Both the position numbers and the translations under genes were made by a program. A stretch of DNA of 63,969 nucleotides, filler included, from Licmophora abbreviata (lineage: Eukaryota): assembly GCA_900291995.1 (NCBI GenBank). It is 19 parts of 19 records of this genome, joined end to end, with 100 filler letters (N's around TTAATTAATTAA, not from the genome) between each part and the next. Parts side by side here need not be neighbours in the genome. Positions count along the whole stretch, not along the records: positions 31,944 to 34,684 come from OLMU01000631.1; positions 34,785 to 43,558 come from OLMU01000632.1; positions 43,659 to 44,865 come from OLMU01000633.1; positions 44,966 to 46,423 come from OLMU01000634.1; 15 more parts are not named here. One strand, written 5' to 3'. Position 1 is the stretch's first letter. Each line of letters begins with the position of its first letter. Below, one piece after another: positions 34,296 to 46,234 of the stretch. Below the pieces are notes generated by a model. The model searched no databases and was not told the origin of the DNA. It saw nothing but the letters and a program-made list of their open reading frames with translations.

Positions 34296-36327
34296 TCACT
34301 CTGTCTCTTGGATAGCAAGTCCCTCGCCTTCGCCTTCACCTTTGCCTTCTTCATCATCGTCATTTCTCAATTGATACTCCATGGAGATGTCCCATCGAGA
34401 GCTCGGTGCCTGGCACCCAACGTATTTGACAAACCTCATGGTACCAGGATCTCGATAGACTAGTGAAAGAGTATTGTTGCTTGCCGACACACTCAGGAGC
34501 TCAGTATCGTCTTCCGCATTGTACTCGGCCGCTGCTTCGTCCTCTTCGTCGTCGGCGGCAATATAGCATTCAAATCCCCCGCAGTCACCCGAGTCCCACA
34601 AAGCGTCGTCATCTGATCCAATCACGTCCCCTGTCTCTTCGTCGCGCATACTTTGCTCTCCCGTCCCAGCAGCAAAGCACAATGNNNNNNNNNNNNNNNN
34701 NNNNNNNNNNNNNNNNNNNNNNNNNNNNTTAATTAATTAANNNNNNNNNNNNNNNNNNNNNNNNNNNNNNNNNNNNNNNNNNNNCAGCAAAGCACAGTGT
34801 CGCATCCAGAACGGCTTCTGTCGTCAAGATACCATAGTGTGCCACCGTATAATCAAGTCCAGGGCGGAATCGACGAACCCGCCCACGAAACCCGAGAGGT
34901 ACTCCGAGACTGGTAAGACGTTTCAGATAGCGACCGAAAGCTTGCGACTGAAAGAGCAATGTCTCAATTTCGTGGAGAGACGTTCCGGCGTCGTCGTCGT
35001 CATTATCCTCTGAGCCCGCAAACTCCAAGAATCGCTGCTTGTGTGCGGGACCAACAGCCTTCCAACGACTGTTAAGGCCAACCTCATAGTCCTTCGGTGG
35101 ACGTCCTCGTCCCATGTCGCCGTCTTGTTTGGCCGCGGCGGCCTGGATGCGGTCCGCCCATTGGGGTAACAAAAACTTCCGTAGCTGAACACTATCCTCT
35201 TCTTCGAATGCCTGTTGAATCTCCACAATGCTTTCGTCTTTTAGATAGGTGTCGTTAATGAACCGCGATAGATAGGCGCGATCGACGTCCAACAGTGGAG
35301 CAGGTGAGTCGGTTTTCGCGCCGTCATCCGTCCAATTCGAGGCGGTATACTCTCCGTCTGTGTCCTCTCCTTTGGCCGTGGACTTTAACCGATTCAACGT
35401 GGCGTCTTCAATCCGTGTGGGCACCTCCTTGGCATGATACCATCCTGTTGAATAAGGGATAGCAATGAGACAAGAAAAGATGGCGTGAGTGCGCCAACAG
35501 AGATCTGATCCATTCAATTTACAGTCCTGTGTTCTCCCATCCCTCTCACCTTGGATGGACAGTCTCGGTCGCCCTCCAAACACTTCTTGTACGGAATGAA
35601 ACGACACGCCCGGACTAACTTCAAAGAAGGCCATTGAGTTGAACGTGGGCAGGACCGTTTTCGATGGAAAGGCGTCAGGGACGTTGCGAATACCACTATC
35701 ACGGCTGGTATCGCCGTTGCCCCCACTGTACAGTTCCAAACACCCTCCTTCGTCCGCAGTCCAATCTTCTCCCGTCAGGTAAACAATGAAACTTATTTTT
35801 CGAGTGCCAATCACATCATCGTGGCACAGCAAATGACATCCGGGTGCATGACAATTGGCCGCACAATCCACTTCTTCCGTCAGTGTGTCTTTCGGTAGAG
35901 ACGCGACGCGCTCTACGAATTCTCGATACCGCTTCGAATAGAGGGCCTGCTTCAACCTTATCAAGGTTGGCAGTTTCATTCCTTGCTCGTCATCCTCCTT
36001 CAGATTTCCCAGATCCACACTCTGATAGACACGAAACAGATCGCTTTCTTTGAAATTGACCTTGGTAGTTTGCTTGATTTCCCCCAAGACGTTTTCCAGA
36101 AAGCCATCGACAAAAACATTGGTAAGACGACCATGTTTGTAAGGTGTGGCAGATTGATATTGACGTGTCCACTGATCTTCCTGACTCAAAATGTGAGACG
36201 ACAAAACATCCAGCCGAAATGACGATGCATCATCATCGGTCGCTGTGTCGTCGCCGCTAGGTTTCAGTCTTTTGGCCGAAGGTTGCTGGTCGTCCGTCGA
36301 GTTTTCGATCGTCACCATAGTATCCAT
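34296..36327 (-). CDS. OGFOD1: Ribosomal prolyl 3-hydroxylase OGFOD1/Tpa1 (2OG-Fe(II) oxygenase)
   Basis: KESDLFRVYQS, HLLCHDDVIGTRKISFIVYL, SFHSVQEV...RLSIQG|WYH, GPAHKQRF, RRFRPGLDYT and LVYRDPGTMRFVKYV. Confidence 0.92.
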
Positions 36328-36664
36328 GACGGCAATAAAATCTCGTCACGATACAATGAAGGTCTCGCTGGAACACCATTCATCGCCCTTTTGCCGTCTC
36401 ATCGAAGGCTCCGCATCACAGTGTGTGTCTCATCGTCGACGCGTCAAACTTGCAACTTCCAAAAGATCGAAAGTTGAGAAAGTTCATCAGTTTTCTGTAA
36501 TTGTGAACCGTAGACATTCCTGATTCCTGGCATAGGAAAGTTGCATGTACTGAAAGCACCGTATGTATGACTCAGTACAAATCGTACGCCATTCAAAGAT
36601 TTATCACAAAGAGACATTTTGACACAGAAAACACAACACATCCGTGACCGCACAGAACGAGACC

Positions 36665-37954
36665 ATGGCATCATCAGCGAGCGACGAAGCGTCTTTTGGA
36701 AGCGGCGTGATGGTTGTACACGACGAAGACGTTGATATGGATGAAAGCGATGCAACAGTGGCGGAAGAAGAGGAGGAGGATTCCATGATGCAGACAGAAA
36801 CGACGACATCGACGGATGCGGGTCGTAGTGTCACGCTGGCAGCCGGTGCCTCTGCTGGCTCCTCGGCCGCTATTTCTGACGCCTCCGGATCCACTGAAGA
36901 AGACGCGGCCGTTCAGAGACGCCGGGCTATCCAGGCCATCATGCGAGATACCTCCATATCCGACTCGGAACGCCGCATGCGCATTCAGAACCTCATGAGC
37001 GGCGGCCGTACCGAGGTGGTCCCCACTGCGTCTACCATTATCCCCGAGCAGGACTCGAGCAAGTGCGCGCACTATCAACGCAACAACTACATTGTGGCGC
37101 CCTGCTGCAATAAGGTCTTTGGATGTCGGGTGTGTCACGATGAACTCTCGCCGACGGGACATCCTCCCATGAATCGATTCATGATTCGAGAAATCGTCTG
37201 CAAAAAGTGCAACACGCGTCAGTCATCAGCCACGTGAGTACGAGTCTAGTGATGTCGAGAGAGAGAGTGCGAGACGTGTTCGCTTGCACCGCGAAAGACT
37301 CACCTTGTATATTTTCATTGATATTCACGTCCATCGCGCAGCAACCATTGTATTCAATGTGGCATACAGTTTGGCGAATACTATTGCGCAACTTGCAACT
37401 TGTGGATGCAGGCTTCCAAAAAGCCCTTCCACTGTAGCGATTGCGGATTTTGTCGCGTTGGTGGTAGAGAAAACTTTCGCCATTGTCACGAGTGCTGCAT
37501 GTGTATCAGCGTCAATGTGTATCAATCACACAGCTGCTTCAAGGACAAGTACAAAAACAACTGCCCCGTCTGTCGCGAGGACATGTTCAGTTCTCGACAG
37601 TCACCTCAAGACTTGCCATGTGGTCATGCCATTCATGCACACTGCTTTCGCAAACTGGCTGGTTTCGATTATCGCTGTCCCATTTGTAAAAAGACAGTCG
37701 TCTCGCAAGAGAGCATGTCGTCGGCGTGGGAAGCGCGTGCGCGCGATATTGCGGAGCAGCCCATGCCACCCGACCTCCAGCGGACGGTCGATATCATGTG
37801 CAATGATTGTGAAACGAAATCGCACAGTCGGAGCTGGCACTTTTTAGGAGTGCAGTGTCCGGCGTGTCGTAGCTTCAATACGGTGGTTGAACAAGTATTA
37901 AGCTCAGGAGACACCAGTAACAGTACTGCTCCGACAGGGTCGGGGACGGCATAG
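36665..37954 (+). CDS. RCHY1: RING finger and CHY zinc finger protein (RCHY1/Pirh2-like E3 ligase)
   Basis: CHY (CAHYQR...APCCNKVFGCRVCHDE), CTCHY (FHCSDCGFCRVGG), RING (CPVCREDMF...LPCGHAIHAHC...CPICKK) and a zinc ribbon (CNDC...CPACRSFNT). Intron ~37234-37341. Confidence 0.93.
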
Positions 37955-38093
37955 CAACACTGAGGTTAACGAGAGAGCAGCGAGCGTCGCAGGTTCAATA
38001 GATAGGTACCTACTTATAGTTTTGTATTTACGACTATACTCTGCCCAGACCTGATCAATTCTCACTCTTCTTCACATTCATTTGCCCTCTTGT

Positions 38094-40071
38094 CTACTCC
38101 CATTCAATCGTCGCTGGAGGCTTCGAGCTGATGTCATAACAGAGACGATTGATACCCCGCACCTCATTGATGACGCGATTCGACATGGTGCCCATCACAT
38201 CGTACGGTAGATGATAAAAGTCGGCCGTCATATAGTCTGTCGTCTCGACACAGCGAACCGCCGCGACGTTCTCGTACGTACGGCCGTCTCCCATTACACC
38301 GACGCTCTTGCAAGGCAACAATACCACGAATGCTTGTCCAATCTTACGATAGTGTCCCGAGTTCCACAGCTCTTCAATGACAATTGCATCCGCTTCTTGC
38401 AGCATGCTAACACGCTCGCGAGTGACTTCGCCTAAAATACGAATGGCCAGTCCAGGGCCCGGAAACGGGTGACGCCACACACTTGCTTCGTCGATTCCAA
38501 GCGCAATACCAAGCTCCCTCACTTCGTCCTTGAACAGTTCGCGCAAAGGCTCAATCAGCTTCAACTTCATGGTCGCGGGAAGCCCCCCAACGTTGTGGTG
38601 CGTTTTGATGGTTGCCGAGGGTCCCTTGTACGAGATACTCTCAATGACATCCGGATAGAGGGTACCCTGAAGTAGCCACTGGCACTCGCCTGACTCTTGT
38701 TCAATGCGCTCCGACTCTTCGTGAAATACGTCGATAAAGGTCGTTCCAATAATTTTGCGTTTCTGCTCCGGATCCGTTACCCCCTTTAACAAGTCCAAGA
38801 ACCGATCCGAAGCATCCACGCAACGAAGATTGACTCCGCAGTCCTCTCTCATTCGCTTGAGTACCTGCGTAGCTTCATTCCTTCGAAGACAGCCATTGTC
38901 CACCATGATGGCATGGAAGCGATCTCCGATCGCCTTGGTCATGAGCACGGCCGCCACGGTCGAATCGACTCCGCCACTCACGGCACCAATGACGTGTCCC
39001 GAGTCGCCCACTTGCTGGCGGACTTCTTCGATGAACTCATTGGCATAGTCCGTCATTACCCAGTCGGCTTGGGCCCCAGCGATAGTAATGACGAAATTTT
39101 TGAGAATGTTGGGTCCCATAGGCGAATGTGTCACCTCGGGATGAAACTGGAGTCCCCACATTTTACGGTCTAGGTTTTCAATACAGACAAAATCCGCGTT
39201 CGATGTGGAACCTAAAGAAGAGCAAAGAGAGTGAGAATCGTAAGACAGGGAGAGCACCACAGACAACCTCGACACTGTCTACTGCTCACCAACTTTCTTA
39301 AATCCCTCTGGCACCTGGTGGAGCTTGTCGCCGTGCGACATCCACATTTGAAACTCGTCGGGGAGTCCTTCAAGCAACGGACTGTCGCAGCCATCGACAC
39401 GAGAAACCATAGACTTCCCGTACTCGTGTTTGAGTCCAGGAGCCACCTCTCCACCAAAGACATAGGCGAGTTCCTAACAAAAAGGACAAAGAATGACAGT
39501 GGGTTTGAGACTTTCTGCCTTATACACGAAACAATGACACCAGCTGAACTGACCTGCATTCCATAACAGATTCCCAGGACGGGGACCTTTCGTTCTTCAA
39601 TGAGAGCCCAGACTTCTTTCGAAACATGTGGTGCGCCTTCTTCATACACACTACTGGGTCCGCCGCTCAGAATAATGGCGGTGAGCTCATGCTTGCCCAG
39701 CTCTTCGGCGGACACGAGACAGCTGTAGAGCTCACAGTACACGTGCATTTCACGCACACGACGAGCAATGAGATGCGAATACTGGGAGCCAAAATCCAAA
39801 ATGGCAACCTGGGGCCTAAAAAGGAAGAGGGTTCGGAACAATGAAGATGGAAAGACTAGCATGAGTGAAGAGAAAGATGTATTCTCATGACAAGACACAC
39901 ACGGTGATTGCGCAATGCTTTCGATTTCACAATCCTGAATCGCCCGGACAAGCGAAAAGGTGACGTCCAGTTCTCCAAATCTTCCTGAATCATCACACCA
40001 GGACAAATTAAGACCTACCGACCCAGATTCCCAAGCTGGGACGACTGCTTCAGGTATTCCTCGTTGGCCAT
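38094..40071 (-). CDS. guaA: GMP synthase (glutamine-hydrolysing)
   Basis: [64 protein letters not shown] and [10 protein letters not shown]; three introns. Confidence 0.97.
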
Positions 40072-40532
40072 GGTTGATGCTGTCGTTGGATGTGTGTCCA
40101 GTCGTCCTTTTTTCTGTTTCAACAATGTTGTGAGAGATTCTTCGCGTGTGGCTGTGAGGCGCGCGGGCAGGCGCGCGGCGCGCCAAAAAATCTGCGGAGG
40201 GGATGCGGTCTGACGTATTTATCGAGCTCTTGCAAAAGTATAGCGCGAGAAAAAAGCGAGTGTGCCAAAAACCGAAAGCATCCTCTGAAAAAATCTCACC
40301 ATGTTCACAATGTGGCGGAGACGTTGCCTTGCCAGTCGCTACTTCCGACCCCCTCACTTTCGACTTGCCGAGTTCCTTCTCTGACTGTCGTCCACAAGGA
40401 TCGAATTCTACCACTTGAAAGAGAATCTGTTTTGGAAATTTTGACCGAAAAAACTCAACGCGCGGCACGCCTGTATCACGATCGCACCACAGCGTCGCAT
40501 CTTCGATCTTCCCTCCCTGGATCACGAGTAAA

Positions 40533-41541
40533 ATGTCCGTCATCCTCGTCACTGGTGGTTACGACCACAAGATTAGGTTTTGGGATGCTCCTTCGGGAAG
40601 ATGTGAGCGGATCCTACGATATCCTGACTCTCAAGTCAATACACTCGAGATTACGCCCGACAAGCAGTTCCTTGCGGCGGGAGGGAATCCCCACATTCGA
40701 CTCTACGAAATCAACAATCACAGCGCGGACACTCCCGTTCTGACTCTGGAAGGACACACGGCGTCGGTGACATCGATGGGATTTCAAAAGGACGGATTGT
40801 TTTTGTATAGTGGGTCCGAAGATGGTACGCGATGCGGTACACGGGTGTCGCGCAGTGACACTCTCGTTTCTAATTACCTGTCCCTACTTCTGTACTTCTC
40901 GTCGGCTCACAGGCACAGTCAAACTATGGGATCTGCGAAGTCCCACCTTTTCACGGTCTTTCGACAGCAAAGCCGCAGTCTCATCCGTGACACTCCGAAC
41001 GGATCGAGACGAAATTATCTCGGGAGATCAGAATGGCTCTGTCAAGTTGTGGGACTTGGGTACTTCCAAATGCATCAACGATGTTGTTCCTTCCAAAGCA
41101 TCCTCACAATCAGAACCTTTTCAAGCTGTAGATATCACGGAGACACTACTGGTAGCAGCCAGCAACAAAGGAACCGTGTATGCCTGGAATGTTACAAATT
41201 CCGAACAGTGGAAGCCGATTCACAAGTTTCAGGCACATGCTCCGGGGACCTATTGTCTGCATGCAAGAATCGCACCTGATGGACGTCATCTAGTAACCAC
41301 AAGCAGCGATCGATCTGCGCGACTGTGGGATACGCAAACATGGGAACTCTCTCAGACTCTCAGAGAGCATAGCAAATGGGTCTGGGACGCGGCGTTTTGC
41401 GCCGACTCGAGCTACTTTGTGACAGCGAGCAGCGATGCGACGGCACGATTGTGGAATCTGAGGACGGGAGAGGTGGTAATTGTATATCGAGGGCATACCA
41501 ACGCCGTGACATGCGTTGCACTGAACGATAGCAGTGGGTAA
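40533..41541 (+). CDS. LST8: TOR complex subunit LST8 (WD40)
   Basis: [17 protein letters not shown]...[52 protein letters not shown] and terminal CVALND; one intron ~40825-40912. Confidence 0.93.
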
Positions 41542-41563
41542 AGTACCGCGTCGTGGTAGCTAT

Positions 41564-42121
41564 TTATAAAGACGAGTTCATAAAATGCAACAAGCTCTTG
41601 CGCTTTTCCTCCTCGACAAGATCATCCTGTGACTTGTCAATGTGCATCTTGATCCTCTTACCAGTAATCGCACTCCGACGCACTTTTCCCTCGGATGATG
41701 AATCAACTTCCTCTCGATTCCGCTTTCGTTTCTTGTGTCTCTTGTGCTTCTTTTCTCGCTTGTGTCGCTTGCGCTTTCGTCTTTCTTCGCTACTGCTGCT
41801 GCTGCTTCTGGAATCTCGACGCTTCGTTTTCTTTTTGGCTCTACGTTTGCTGTGCTTTCTGCGTTCTCTTCGCCGGTGGCTGTCGGTGCTGCTGTCGGAT
41901 GAGTATGTGTCGCTATCGTTGTCGTCGCGCCGTATTGCACTCCGAGAAGGCTTCTCTGCTACCGATTCTCCCATCGCTTCAAGAGCCGATCGTCGCCGCC
42001 GTCTAGTTCCCTCCTCATCGCGATTCGCAGACATGATTGGGGCAGTGATGCATTGGGAAGGGAAGCGCCGCCGCTTTGTGAAGGCACCGATGTAATTTTT
42101 TTGATTAGTAGATGCGGCCAT
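41564..42121 (-). CDS. Hypothetical Lys/Arg/Ser-rich (SR-like) nuclear protein
   Basis: 185-aa ORF (start may be the Met at ~42034) with KKHKRHKKRK tracts and the tail RRSAITGKRIKMHIDKS...LLHFMNSSL. Confidence 0.6.
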   Translation of the reverse strand: MAASTNQKNYIGAFTKRRRFPSQCITAPIMSANRDEEGTRRRRRSALEAMGESVAEKPSRSAIRRDDNDSDTYSSDSSTDSHRRRERRKHSKRRAKKKTKRRDSRSSSSSSEERRKRKRHKREKKHKRHKKRKRNREEVDSSSEGKVRRSAITGKRIKMHIDKSQDDLVEEEKRKSLLHFMNSSL

Positions 42122-42336
42122 GAGGCCGTGATGCAGCGCGCATCTCTCACAGTGCGCGCGAGTATTGATTCGCCTTGAACCTCACCGCCGAACGCTCACC
42201 TCTCGAGATATTTGTTGGATAGACATCTAGGTTTACGGAAGTGTGGTGTGGCGGGAGGCTCTTGTTGCAGCCAGCTGAAGACTCAAAACGGGTCGAGCTA
42301 GAATAGAATAGACTCCCTTCGAAAGCGTAACTTAGT

Positions 42337-45300
42337 TTACCAAATAGAACTGAAACCAGCCCCAGTCGAAAACTCATTGGATACACCATCACTCCCCCAC
42401 ATGCTACTTGTCGAGGTCCTCTCGGTCGCACCAGACTGACCAGAAAAGCTGAAAGGTTCTGACTTCTGTTGCGCCATCATCGAATCTTGCAGCAGTCCCA
42501 GCGATATGCCCGACACCGTGGGCTTCGATGGTGGAGCAGTTCCGCTACCCCAGATGCCCGGTCCATCAGGGGCCGGTGGCCCTTGCCCGGATGCAGGAGA
42601 GAAACCAGTCTTGACCTGCTCGTTGAACGCAAACCCAATCGCAGGAGGAATGGGCGGGACTTCATCGAGCGTCGAGATGCCCGTCATGGAGGACATAGCA
42701 CTTGGTTCTGGCGATGCCGGAGTAACTGTAGTAGGCTGATGACAGAATGAGTGGGAGTGCGCGCGTCGCACAGGAGTCTCGGTTCCATGGTCTGAAATGG
42801 AAAGACTTCCTGATCGCCCAATCAGGCTCGACTGATTCCCTCCAATCAACGATCGCTGAGCTGGAGGCAATACACCAAAAGCCGACGGCACAAACTCTTT
42901 GGCCGTAGCACGAATCTCGCCAAGCGTCTGGGTCGACGTTTCCACGCCGCCAGTCCCCGGGTACGTCACAGGCAGAACTGGTCCATAGCCAGGCGGAGGC
43001 ATTGTGGGAGCGAAAGCTAATTCACTTGCAACATGTATATTGCCTGGGGCCGAATACTCACTGTAGGAGAATTCATGAGTAGCCCCTGGGTGAGACTGTT
43101 CTACAGCCGCGAACATCCTAGGGGCCTCTGCCTGTCGTTGCAGAGCGTCAGGGACTGACTTCTGCGTATCGATGCAGGGCACGGGTGTGGGTACTACATT
43201 TCCTTGATCGCCTGCGAGAAAGGGAGAGCCTTTGTACGCTGTTCCGTCAGGATGCGTTGTGGAAACCACCTCTGGATTACTTGCACCCAGACGCACAGCA
43301 TCGGCTCGAGCACGCAGCTCGACCGCCTTCGCAAGTTTTGCTCTCGCTTCTTCCCTCTGCCGAGCTTGCTCGCGATTGTTCCACTCGCGATTTCGTCTTC
43401 GCTGCTCTTCTCGTTTAGCCGCGAGCTTCTCAGCGGCCAGTTGATCCTGCACCTCTTGACTGCTAGCACTTTCGCTTCGATTCTTCAGGCTCGCAGAATC
43501 ATTCAATTTCGCTTCCTGCCCCCACGATGAATCGTTGTCACCTGCATGGTCGGTGTCGNNNNNNNNNNNNNNNNNNNNNNNNNNNNNNNNNNNNNNNNNN
43601 NNTTAATTAATTAANNNNNNNNNNNNNNNNNNNNNNNNNNNNNNNNNNNNNNNNNNNNCACGATATCACTTCCGTGGACGCAGTACCGACTGCGCCTTCT
43701 CCTCCTAGAATCCAAACAACCATATCATCCGCAGTTGCATGCGCGGTGCCCCCACAGGCTGTTACAGCATCATCGACTTGGTCCTTGGTGAATCCCATGC
43801 CCAACAAAGCGGTGACGACAGGGTCCTCAACTTCGACGGGGCTCTCGACAGAAGCTTTGGTTGCCACAGAAGTCTTCCTTTCGAGGCATTTCGGGGTTTT
43901 CTTCTTTTTCTTCTGTTTCTTCTTGGATGTCTTTTCGGTTGACGAGCGCAGTTCCTCGTTTGGTTCCTCGTAGACTTCGTTGCCCCTCGACGTCGATGGC
44001 CAAGTATACCCGTTCGCTTCGATGCCGCCCAAGCGATCGGCTATTGTCTGTAGTATTTGCATGTGCTTCTTGTGTTCCCGAGATCGACCCAATGTCTGCT
44101 GCTTCGCTTCGTCCAGACACCTACCGCTTGTCGTCAAGCTGGCGTCGAGGGTCTCGGGCGACAGCAACGCTTCCACAAGCTCACGTGCAGTAATGCCTTC
44201 TCCGTCACTTAAGGTAGAATCGCGGTTTGACAGTTAATAACATTCCTCGTCACCTTCAAAATCAACAGTCGTAGCGCTTACCTAGACCGACATGTAAGAG
44301 TCTTGTCTGTACGACACTCTGCAAAACAAGGCGCCGCCAATAGCTTTTCCACAATTTGAGTGGAACCGAACGCAGCTGCATAGTGTAACGCTGTCCATCC
44401 CGATTCATGGCATTGCAACAAATCATAGAACTCATTGGGTGGGCAGGCTACTGCGTTGCCGATACCAGAATACTCAAGAATGCGCTTGACGAGATGAGCA
44501 TCCCCAGTGTAACACGCTGAGTGAAGTGTATTTCGTCCCGAACGCCCAATGGTGAACAAGACCGACGGAGTCATGGAATGGACATAGTCTGTCAGTTTTA
44601 TGCGTGCCTCACGGCCAGTCTCAACCAGCTCTCGACTCTTGGCTATGCAATGTGGCATCAGAAATTCCATTTCCTTCAACAGGTCGATGCCATTTTCATT
44701 ATCACTTCTCCCCAGTGGGCTTTCTGAAAGTAAAGCACCTACTTTCCCAGCTTCCCCGGCTTGACATGCCGAGACAATACGGCTTCGCCATGACTGAATC
44801 GCTCTTTCTTGTTTCTTCTGTGATGCTTCGGCCGTCTTTGCCGCGGCTTCTTGTTTGAGCTTTTCNNNNNNNNNNNNNNNNNNNNNNNNNNNNNNNNNNN
44901 NNNNNNNNNTTAATTAATTAANNNNNNNNNNNNNNNNNNNNNNNNNNNNNNNNNNNNNNNNNNNNCTTCTTTTCTCTGCGCTTGGCCGCCCTTTTCGCCT
45001 TCTCTTCGCCCTCTCGCATGTCCTCGTCCACTACCTCTTCCAGTCGTGTCCATTGGGAAGGAGAAAGCCTGCCACTCGCTACACCTTCACCGCCCTCGAT
45101 GATCTCAATGAAACGCTCGTCGTTGTCGTAGTCACCATCCTCATCTTGACTGCTCCGCCAGGTGTCCTGCATTTGTGGCGGCCACCCATTCGGTACCGAC
45201 GATCCAGAACCAGTGGAACGAAACCCGAACCCCTGCAGACAATCTTGGTCCGTCATGATGGCGGCACCAAACGTAGCCGCGGAAGAATTTCCAGAGGAAT

Positions 45301-45628
45301 GCGCATCGAAGTTGCCTTCCTGCACGCCCATCATTTCGGCAAACATGCCCATGAGAGCATTCATTTCTGTATCGGTACACGCATCTTGAGCCATGGCCAT
45401 GAAATCCATGCTGGAAGACAAGTCCTCGACACTGGGGGGAGGCGGAGCGGGTCCATAGGTAGGCCTTCCAGAAAAGGACGTTTGTTGCTGTTGCTGAGCG
45501 GCCCGCAGTACGCTTCGATATCGCTCAGCACTCTCTCGAACATATCGAGTGGCCCATTCGGGTGGCATTGAGGAAGAGGAAGAATTAGGAAATGATGAAG
45601 TGGAATCAGAAGAAGTCACATTGGCCAT
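42337..45628 (-). CDS. Large protein with ankyrin repeats, a UBA-like domain and a PAM2-like motif (spans two linkers)
   Basis: Ankyrin: GRNTLHSACYTGDAHLV and GWTALHYAAAFGSTQIVEKLL. UBA: VTALLGMGFTKDQVDDAV...VWIL. PAM2-like: EIRATAKEFVP. A lysine-rich coiled coil continues across the gap at 44866. Confidence 0.6.
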
Positions 45629-46234
45629 ACTGGTCTGACCGCGCTTAGACGCCGTCTTGTTGTTTTGGTACGCGCCATGGTTCCAAATTTTCGTTTCTTT
45701 TTCGAGACAAATTGAACCGACTTTCCTCCAATCTCTGAAATTCGTCTATCTGAAACCCTCTTCTAATCTTAGATGGAACAGTGGCAACTGATTGTTTCAA
45801 TACTCGACGACAATCTCGTCAACGTCACGTCCATGTTCAATGTGTTGGTCTCCCAAGTTGGAATGCTCGCGTCCCATAGAATTTAAAAGCTCCTACGTTG
45901 AAGCTAGCCTGACCATTGAAGTTCGTTTAGGTTCTACATACGTATATATGTACGTATCTATCGTATCATACCTTGCACATTCACAATCACTTCGACAACG
46001 TACGCCGTACTGACGGATACGCTTGACACCTTTTCGATTGACGGCAACAACCATGGGAAATGGACGGCGGCTTGTTCCGGCGCTGCTTCCATGGTCTCTA
46101 TAGTCTAGTCGACAGTACTCAGGAGACATTCCAAGACTATCGTAAAGCTAGTAACCGTACTTGACAGGCGATCAGAGGGAAATTGATCTCTGAATTGATC
46201 GTTCGAGTTGATTTTGTAAGATTTCTATAGCATC

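Noticed and set aside
39212..40552. 446-aa ORF suggesting a long N-terminal extension of GMP synthase overlapping LST8
   Set aside because: It reads through promoter and intron sequence. A short exon from the ATG at 40071 splices in frame to [12 protein letters not shown].
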